The position numbers and the translations under genes were made by a program. Under the pieces are notes generated by a model. The model did no database searches, had not been told where the DNA came from, and saw nothing but the letters and a program-made list of their open reading frames with translations. This document shows positions 57,952 to 64,000 of a stretch of 64,000 bases of DNA, piece after piece. Within the stretch, counting starts at the first letter, position 1, and every line of letters starts with the position of its first letter. Source of the DNA: Tepidisphaera sp. (GTDB lineage Bacteria > Planctomycetota > Phycisphaerae > Phycisphaerales > UBA1924); the NCBI GenBank assembly GCA_050916045.1, contig CP051526.1:2432001-2496000 (forward strand). The letters run 5' to 3'.

Positions 57952-60585
57952 ATGGACCCCCATTCGGCCCACGCGCGCGGCCAAGACGCCCTCCTCGCCG
58001 ACCTCACCGCTCCTCAGAAGGAAGCGGTGCTGTGCACGCGCGGCCCCCTCCTCATCCTCGCCGCCGCCGGCTCGGGCAAGACCCGCGTCATCACCCGCCG
58101 CATCGCCCACCTCCTCCGCTCGGGCGTCCCCCCCTGGTCCATCCTCGCCCTCACCTTCACCAACAAAGCCGCCGGCGAGATGCGCGAACGCGTCGCCCAC
58201 CTCATCACCGCCGGCGTCCCGCGCGAAGACGGCTCGGTCTACATCGCTTCCGACCGCGCCGCCAAAGCCCTCACCGTCACGACGTTCCACTCCCTCTGCG
58301 CCCGCCTCCTCCGCCGCTACGCCGAAGCCGCCGGCCTCCGCCCCGACTACACCATCTTCGACGATGGCGACCAGATGTCCCTCGCCAAGAAAGTCATCGC
58401 CGACCTCCAGCTCTCCACCAGCAACTGGCCCCCGCGCTCCGTCCTCTCCGCCATCAGCAACGCCAAGAACGACCTCCTCGACGCCGCCGCCTACGAGGAA
58501 CGCGCCACCGACTTCCACGCTCGCACCGTCGCCAAGGTCTACAAGGCCTACGAAGCCGCTCTCAAGAAAGCCAACGCCGTCGACTTCGACGACCTCCTCG
58601 GCCACGTCGCCAAGATGCTCAAGACCCGCCCAGATGTCCGCGCCGAGTTGCAGGACCGCTGGCGGTACCTCATGATCGACGAGTACCAGGACACCAACCG
58701 GGCCCAGTTCACCATCGCCCACCTGCTCGCGGGCGACGGCTCGGCCTCGGCTCAACCCGGCACGGCCAACACCGGCCCCAACGTCTGCGTCGTCGGCGAT
58801 CCCGACCAATCCATCTACGGCTGGCGCGGCGCCGACCTCTCCAACATCCTCGACTTCGAGAAGCACTACCCCAAAGCCCGCACCATCAAGCTCGGCGAGA
58901 ACTTCCGCTCAACCGCCCCCATCCTCCGCGCCGCCGACGGCCTCATCAAGCACAACAAGGAACGCCGCGACAAGCCCCTCTTCACAAGCAAAGCCGGCGG
59001 CGAGCCTATCGAGATCGTCCTCACCCGCGATGAACGCCACGAAGCCTCCCTCGTCGCCGACTGGCTCCGCGCCCGCCACATGGCCGAAGACAACGGCGAA
59101 GCCTTCGCGTGGAAGGACCTCGCCGTCTTCTACCGCACCAACTCCCTCTCCCGCGTCATGGAAGACGCCCTCCGTCAAGCCGGCATTCCCTACGTCATCG
59201 CCCGCGGCACCGCTTTCTACGACCGTGAGGAAGTCAAAGCCGCCCTCGCCTACCTCCGCGTCGTCGCCAACCCCGCCGACGCCATCAGCCTCGAACGCTG
59301 CGTCAACACCCCAAGCCGCGGCATCAGCGACCCCACCATCGACAAACTCAACGAATGGGCCGGCCAGAACGACGCAACCCTCTGGGACGCCATGCTCCAA
59401 GCGGGCGACACCGGCGGCCCCGCCGCCGCAAGCGGCCTCAGCTCCCGCGCCGTCGGTTCCATCCAGAAGTTCGTCGAGCTCGTCGAGGGCTGGACCGGCG
59501 GCGGCACCTTCATGGGTGCTCAGGTCTCAAGCTCGCTCTCCCAGCTCGTCGAACGCATCATCGTCGAAAGCGGCCTCCGCGCGATGTACTCCACCCGCGC
59601 CGCCACCAGCAAGTCCGACGCCGACGCCGCACGCCTGGACAACCTCGACGAACTCATCTCTTCCGCCCGTGCTTTCGAGCTCGAATACGACCCCGCGGGC
59701 GACCCCGCCGCCGAGCGGCTCAAGGATGAGGATGCCGGGCCGGGGGAAACGGGAGCCGCGGATGCCGCTTTCGATCTTGAGCCGGGGGCGTTCGAGACCC
59801 CTCCGCTTCTCGCGATGCTCCGCGGATTCCTGGAATCGATCACCCTCATCGCCGACGCCGACGCCGTCGACCCCGCCCAGGGCGCGGTCACGCTCATGAC
59901 GCTCCACGCGGCCAAGGGCCTTGAATTCGGTGCCGCCGCCATCATCGCCCTCGAAGAGGGCACGCTCCCGCACAGCCGCGCCCTCACCGACGAATCGCAG
60001 ATGGAGGAAGAGCGCCGCCTCTGCTTCGTCGGCATCACCCGCGCGATGAAACGCCTCATGCTCACGTGCGCCCGCTACCGCACCCAGCGCGGCCTCTCCG
60101 AACGCACGATGCCAAGCCGGTTCATCGACGAGATCCCCTCCGAAGCCCGCGTCCTCTCCGACCAAGCCGACATGTTCGGCGGCCTCGACGCGTCCTGGGG
60201 CGGTGCCCGCGACAGCAGCGACCTTCGCGGCGACGACTTCGGCGACCGCCTCCCCCGCCCCGCTCCGCGCACAACCCCCACCTATCCAGTCCATCCAAGC
60301 TCCCCCGGGTCCGCGCTCCGTCCCGCTGCGGCGAAACCCGGCTCCCCGCCATCCCCCTCCGCGCCCTCGGTCCGCCGCGTCGTCCCCACCGACGACCCCG
60401 CGAGTTCCGGCAACCCCGGGCTTGCCAACCTGCCCGCCGGCGCGGTCGTCCGCCACCCGCAATTCGGCCGGGGCAAGGTGATGTCGGTCTCCAAGGGCCA
60501 GAACGCCCGGGCCGTCATCAACTTCGACGGCGTCGGTGTCAAAACCCTCGTCCTCGAGTACGCCCGGCTCACCCGCGTCACCTAA
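57952..60585 (+). CDS. pcrA: UvrD/PcrA ATP-dependent DNA helicase
   Basis: AAAGSGKT, TFTNKAA, IDEYQDTN, VGDPDQSIYGWRGA, NFRST, TLHAAKGLEF, EERRLCFVGITRA, C-terminal Tudor-like VRHPQFGRG. Confidence 0.95.
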   Translation: MDPHSAHARGQDALLADLTAPQKEAVLCTRGPLLILAAAGSGKTRVITRRIAHLLRSGVPPWSILALTFTNKAAGEMRERVAHLITAGVPREDGSVYIASDRAAKALTVTTFHSLCARLLRRYAEAAGLRPDYTIFDDGDQMSLAKKVIADLQLSTSNWPPRSVLSAISNAKNDLLDAAAYEERATDFHARTVAKVYKAYEAALKKANAVDFDDLLGHVAKMLKTRPDVRAELQDRWRYLMIDEYQDTNRAQFTIAHLLAGDGSASAQPGTANTGPNVCVVGDPDQSIYGWRGADLSNILDFEKHYPKARTIKLGENFRSTAPILRAADGLIKHNKERRDKPLFTSKAGGEPIEIVLTRDERHEASLVADWLRARHMAEDNGEAFAWKDLAVFYRTNSLSRVMEDALRQAGIPYVIARGTAFYDREEVKAALAYLRVVANPADAISLERCVNTPSRGISDPTIDKLNEWAGQNDATLWDAMLQAGDTGGPAAASGLSSRAVGSIQKFVELVEGWTGGGTFMGAQVSSSLSQLVERIIVESGLRAMYSTRAATSKSDADAARLDNLDELISSARAFELEYDPAGDPAAERLKDEDAGPGETGAADAAFDLEPGAFETPPLLAMLRGFLESITLIADADAVDPAQGAVTLMTLHAAKGLEFGAAAIIALEEGTLPHSRALTDESQMEEERRLCFVGITRAMKRLMLTCARYRTQRGLSERTMPSRFIDEIPSEARVLSDQADMFGGLDASWGGARDSSDLRGDDFGDRLPRPAPRTTPTYPVHPSSPGSALRPAAAKPGSPPSPSAPSVRRVVPTDDPASSGNPGLANLPAGAVVRHPQFGRGKVMSVSKGQNARAVINFDGVGVKTLVLEYARLTRVT

Positions 60586-60747
60586 ACCCGTTCCGGGCGG
60601 GCGGCCTTCACGTCCGCTTTCCGGTTCTTAACGCATCCAAGCCCGACCCGAGCCAGTTCGCGGGCCCGCCGGAGACCCCGGGGACCCGGGATTCACGACT
60701 TCGGGGGGTGAGGGCCGATTCAGAGGACTTAGACAGGAGATGGCTGC

Positions 60748-61662
60748 ATGGAGATCGTGATCGTCGGGCTGGGCAAGATGGGCGGAAACATGGCGGAACG
60801 CCTCCTCAAAGGGGGCCACTCGGTCATTGGGGTGGATCCCAACCCCGAAGCCGCCTCCCGGATCAAAGCCAGCGGCGGTGCGCACGCTCCGGACATGAAA
60901 GCAGCCGTGGCCGCGCTCAAGGGCGGTGCCGGCTCCCGCCACCTCTGGCTGATGATCCCCGCCGGCGCCCCCGTCGACGCCGCGATCGCCCAGATCCTCC
61001 CCTCCCTCGCCCCCGGCGACACCATCATCGACGGCGGCAACAGCAACTACAAGGACACCATCCGCCGCGGAAAGGAACTCGCCGTCAAGGGCATCCATTT
61101 CGTCGACTGCGGAACTTCCGGCGGCGTCTGGGGCCTCGCCAACGGCTATTCGATGATGATCGGCGGCCCCGAAGCCGCCGTCGAACGCATGCGGCCCATC
61201 TTCGAGACCCTCGCCCCGGGTAAGAACACCGGCTGGGGTCGCGTCGGCCCCACCGGATCGGGCCACTTCGTCAAGATGGTCCACAACGGCATCGAGTACG
61301 GCATGATGCAAGCCTTCGCCGAAGGCTTCGCCATCATGCACAAGAAGACCGAGTTCGGCCTCGACCTCGCCCAGATCTCCGCCATCTGGCAGGTCGGCTC
61401 CGTCGTCCGTTCCTGGCTTCTGGACCTCACCGCCGAAGCCCTCAAAGCCGACCAAACCCTCGCCGACATCAAGCCCTTCGTCTCCGACAGCGGCGAAGGA
61501 CGCTGGACCGTCGCCGAAGCGATCGACCTCGACGTTTCCGCCCCGGTCATCACGCTCAGCCTCCTCGCCCGCCTCGAATCACGCGACAGCGAGGGTTACG
61601 CCCACCGCATGCTCTCGGTGATGCGAAACGCCTTCGGCGGCCACGCGATGCAGAAGAAGTGA
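60748..61662 (+). CDS. gnd: 6-phosphogluconate dehydrogenase (short decarboxylating type)
   Basis: GLGKMG, IDGGNS, DCGTSGG, GHFVKMVHNGIEYG, DSGEGRWT, RNAFGGH. Confidence 0.96.
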   Translation: MEIVIVGLGKMGGNMAERLLKGGHSVIGVDPNPEAASRIKASGGAHAPDMKAAVAALKGGAGSRHLWLMIPAGAPVDAAIAQILPSLAPGDTIIDGGNSNYKDTIRRGKELAVKGIHFVDCGTSGGVWGLANGYSMMIGGPEAAVERMRPIFETLAPGKNTGWGRVGPTGSGHFVKMVHNGIEYGMMQAFAEGFAIMHKKTEFGLDLAQISAIWQVGSVVRSWLLDLTAEALKADQTLADIKPFVSDSGEGRWTVAEAIDLDVSAPVITLSLLARLESRDSEGYAHRMLSVMRNAFGGHAMQKK

Positions 61663-61842
61663 CGACGGCGGCCCTTCAGCAAGCACAGCAGGAAGATTCA
61701 GGGAGATCGGCGGCGAACCCGGAATCGCATCATCCCGGGCCGCGACACCTTCTCCGTCCTTTCGGCCTTGCAGCGTGCCGCTCACCGCGCTCCGTTTCTC
61801 ACGAGTTCTTCCGATCCGCATCACGACTACCTTGAGAGTGCC

Positions 61843-63294
61843 ATGCCGACCATTCCCGAACGCCACCTCCTGACCGTCTTCGGCGCCACCGGCGACCTCG
61901 CCCACCGCAAGGTCCTGCCCAGCCTCTTCAAGCTCGGCACGCAAGGCTCCGCCAAGGGCCGCGCGACCGTCCTCGGATGCGCCCGCGCCGGCATGGACGA
62001 CGCCGCGTTCCGAGCTTCGGTCGCCAAGTCGCTCCTCGAGCACGGCGAGAAGCCCGACCTCGTGAAGGAATGGACCGAGAAGTTCCTCTTCTTCCAGTCT
62101 CTCGGCGACGCCGGGGCCGAGGCTTTCACTCGCCTCAAGCAGCGCATCGAAAAGCTCGAATCCGAGCACAACCTCTACCAGCACCGCATCTTCTACCTCG
62201 CCCTCCCCCTCCCCGCCTTCCCCCCCACCATCGAAGCTTTTGGTCAGTCTGGCCTGAACAAGTCCAAGGGCTGGACCCGTCTCGTCGTCGAAAAGCCCTT
62301 CGGCCACAACCTCGAGTCCGCGCAGTCGCTCAACGCGCTTGTCCACCGCTTCTTCGACGAAAGCGAGGTCTACCGCCTCGACCACTACCTCGGCAAAGAG
62401 ACGGTGCAGAACCTCATCGCGTTCCGGTTCGGCAATTCGCTCTTCGAGCCGCTCTGGAACCGCGACCGCGTCAAGCAGGTCGAGATCACCGTCGCCGAAG
62501 AGCTCGGCGTCGAGGGACGGGGCGCGTTCTACGAGAAAGCCGGCGCCGTCCGCGACATCATGCAGAACCACATGATGCAGCTCCTCTGCCTCACCGCCAT
62601 GGAGCCCCCCTCCGTCCTCGACGGCACCGCCGTCGCCAACGAGAAGATCAAGGTCGTTCAGGCGATGGAGCCCCTCACCGCCCGAGACGTCGTCCTCGGC
62701 CAGTACGCCCCGGGCGAACTCAGCGGCAAGATCATGAAGGGCTACCGCGAGGAAGCCGGCGTCGCGCCGGACTCCAAGACCGAAACCTTCGCCGCCGCTC
62801 GAATCCACATCAACAACTGGCGCTGGCAGGGCGTCCCCTTCTTCCTCCGCACCGGCAAACGCATGCCGCGCAAAGCCACCCGCATCATCGTCACCTTCAA
62901 AGCCCCCCCCGCCGCCGTCTTCAACCCCTACATCGTCTGCGGCCTCCAGAGCAACCGCCTCGAAATCACCCTCCAGCCCAACGAAGGCTTCAACCTCTCC
63001 TTCCAGACCAAGATCCCCGGCGAAGGCATGAAGCTCGAAACCCAGGAGATGCGCTTCCGCTACGCCGACACCTACGGACAGCTCCCCGAGGCCTACCAGA
63101 CCCTCATGCTCGACGTCATGCGCGGCGACAGAACCCTGTTTGTGCGCAACGACGAGGTCGAACTCTCCTGGGACAAGTTCGCCGGCGTTGTCGATGGCAC
63201 CCTCCCCGTCCACGAGTACCCCGCCGGGAGCTGGGGCCCCCAAGCGGCCGAAAAGCTCCTCGCGGGCGATGAATGCTGCTGGACGGACTTCTAG
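61843..63294 (+). CDS. zwf: Glucose-6-phosphate 1-dehydrogenase
   Basis: FGATGDLA, VEKPFG, RLDHYLGKE, RDIMQNH, RWQGVPFFLRTGK, YPAGSWGP. Confidence 0.97.
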   Translation: MPTIPERHLLTVFGATGDLAHRKVLPSLFKLGTQGSAKGRATVLGCARAGMDDAAFRASVAKSLLEHGEKPDLVKEWTEKFLFFQSLGDAGAEAFTRLKQRIEKLESEHNLYQHRIFYLALPLPAFPPTIEAFGQSGLNKSKGWTRLVVEKPFGHNLESAQSLNALVHRFFDESEVYRLDHYLGKETVQNLIAFRFGNSLFEPLWNRDRVKQVEITVAEELGVEGRGAFYEKAGAVRDIMQNHMMQLLCLTAMEPPSVLDGTAVANEKIKVVQAMEPLTARDVVLGQYAPGELSGKIMKGYREEAGVAPDSKTETFAAARIHINNWRWQGVPFFLRTGKRMPRKATRIIVTFKAPPAAVFNPYIVCGLQSNRLEITLQPNEGFNLSFQTKIPGEGMKLETQEMRFRYADTYGQLPEAYQTLMLDVMRGDRTLFVRNDEVELSWDKFAGVVDGTLPVHEYPAGSWGPQAAEKLLAGDECCWTDF

Positions 63295-63480
63295 AAAGGC
63301 CCGGCGACCAGTCGGTAGGTCCAAGTTAGGGTTCGGCCGACGCCGAAAGCCCACCACCCCTCCCGGACCGTGACCGCAGGGGTTTGATAGGCGGGGGTGG
63401 GATGTCTATAGTCGTGGCCCAAGAAATCGCGGCAGGCTCCGCCTGTTCGCTCCAAAGCTTGCGTTCGGAGTTTCAACGTC

Positions 63481-63852
63481 ATGTCGAAAAACAAGACCCA
63501 CAAGGGCCTTCTCAAGCGCATCCGCATCTCCAAGACCGGCAAGGTCCGCCACCGCACGGCCGGCCACAAGCACTTGCGCTCGGGCAAGGGCGGCAACCGC
63601 CTCCGCAAGCTCCGCAAGGACCCCTTCATCTCCAACTCCGACGCCGTTCGCCTCGAGCGGGCTTTGTTCCGCCGCCTGCGCGGCCGCGACATGGCTCGTT
63701 CCGCGATGCGTAAGAGCCCCTCGCCCGAGCAGCGGAAAGCCGCCAAGGCCGAGAAGAAAGCCACCGCCGCGAAGGTCTCCCGCGCTTGGGCCAAAGCCAC
63801 CGACGGCAAGTCCGTCAAGGCCACCGCCAAAGCCGCCGCCGCCAAGAAGTAG
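63481..63852 (+). CDS. rpmI: 50S ribosomal protein L35 with a Lys/Ala-rich C-terminal extension
   Basis: KNKTHKGLLKRIRISKTGKV.H..AG.KHL; lies upstream of rplT. Confidence 0.92.
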   Translation: MSKNKTHKGLLKRIRISKTGKVRHRTAGHKHLRSGKGGNRLRKLRKDPFISNSDAVRLERALFRRLRGRDMARSAMRKSPSPEQRKAAKAEKKATAAKVSRAWAKATDGKSVKATAKAAAAKK

Positions 63853-63866
63853 ATCGTCTCTCATTG

Positions 63867-63895
63867 AAGCCCGGGTTGTCCGGGCTTTTGATTTT
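63867..63895 (+). terminator. Terminator-like hairpin between rpmI and rplT
   Basis: aagcccgg-gttgt-ccgggctt followed by ttgatttt. Confidence 0.65.
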
Positions 63896-63959
63896 CACCG
63901 CGCGACGGGTCCAAGCGAGGCTTTGAGCCTCCCCCGCTCGAGCCGAAGGAGTTTCGTCC

Positions 63960-64000
63960 ATGCCACGCGTTAAAAAGGGCGCCGCCCGTACCCAAGCTCG
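63960..64000 (+). CDS. rplT: 50S ribosomal protein L20 (5' end only)
   Basis: AAGGAG SD; MPRVKKGAARTQA; follows rpmI. Confidence 0.85.
   Translation, partial: MPRVKKGAARTQA

Overview
This is a GC-rich window that looks planctomycetal, probably Phycisphaerae. That call rests on a planctomycete-type ECF sigma/Ser-Thr kinase pair, a DUF1501 + PSD1/cytochrome c pair and many C-terminal 'DFFDYDxFVxxFExGC' dockerin-like tails. The housekeeping backbone is prpD, hisS, a stand-alone atpD, lpxB, lolD/lolCE, icd, a UvrD/PcrA helicase, gnd, zwf and rpmI-rplT. Two tRNA-anchored accessory regions interrupt it: a serine-recombinase remnant at tRNA-Phe, and a decayed ~6.6 kb element bounded by a 20-bp direct repeat of the tRNA-Val 3' end. 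Four signals stand out. (1) Seven loci carry the same Cys-bracketed dockerin-like tail: six unrelated secreted proteins and one orphan tail, three of them inside the island. This suggests a modular surface-docking or sorting system that is being shuffled. (2) At least 12 genes have a TANNNT box 5-9 nt before the start codon and no Shine-Dalgarno, implying pervasive leaderless transcription. (3) G/C strand skew is very strong, independent of the coding strand, and flips polarity within the window. (4) There are several orphan short-period repeat or palindrome elements and a repeated palindromic operator-like box around a receiver/pseudo-receiver pair. No CRISPR array, rRNA or reverse transcriptase was seen. 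All family assignments come from motif recognition by eye, not from database searches.
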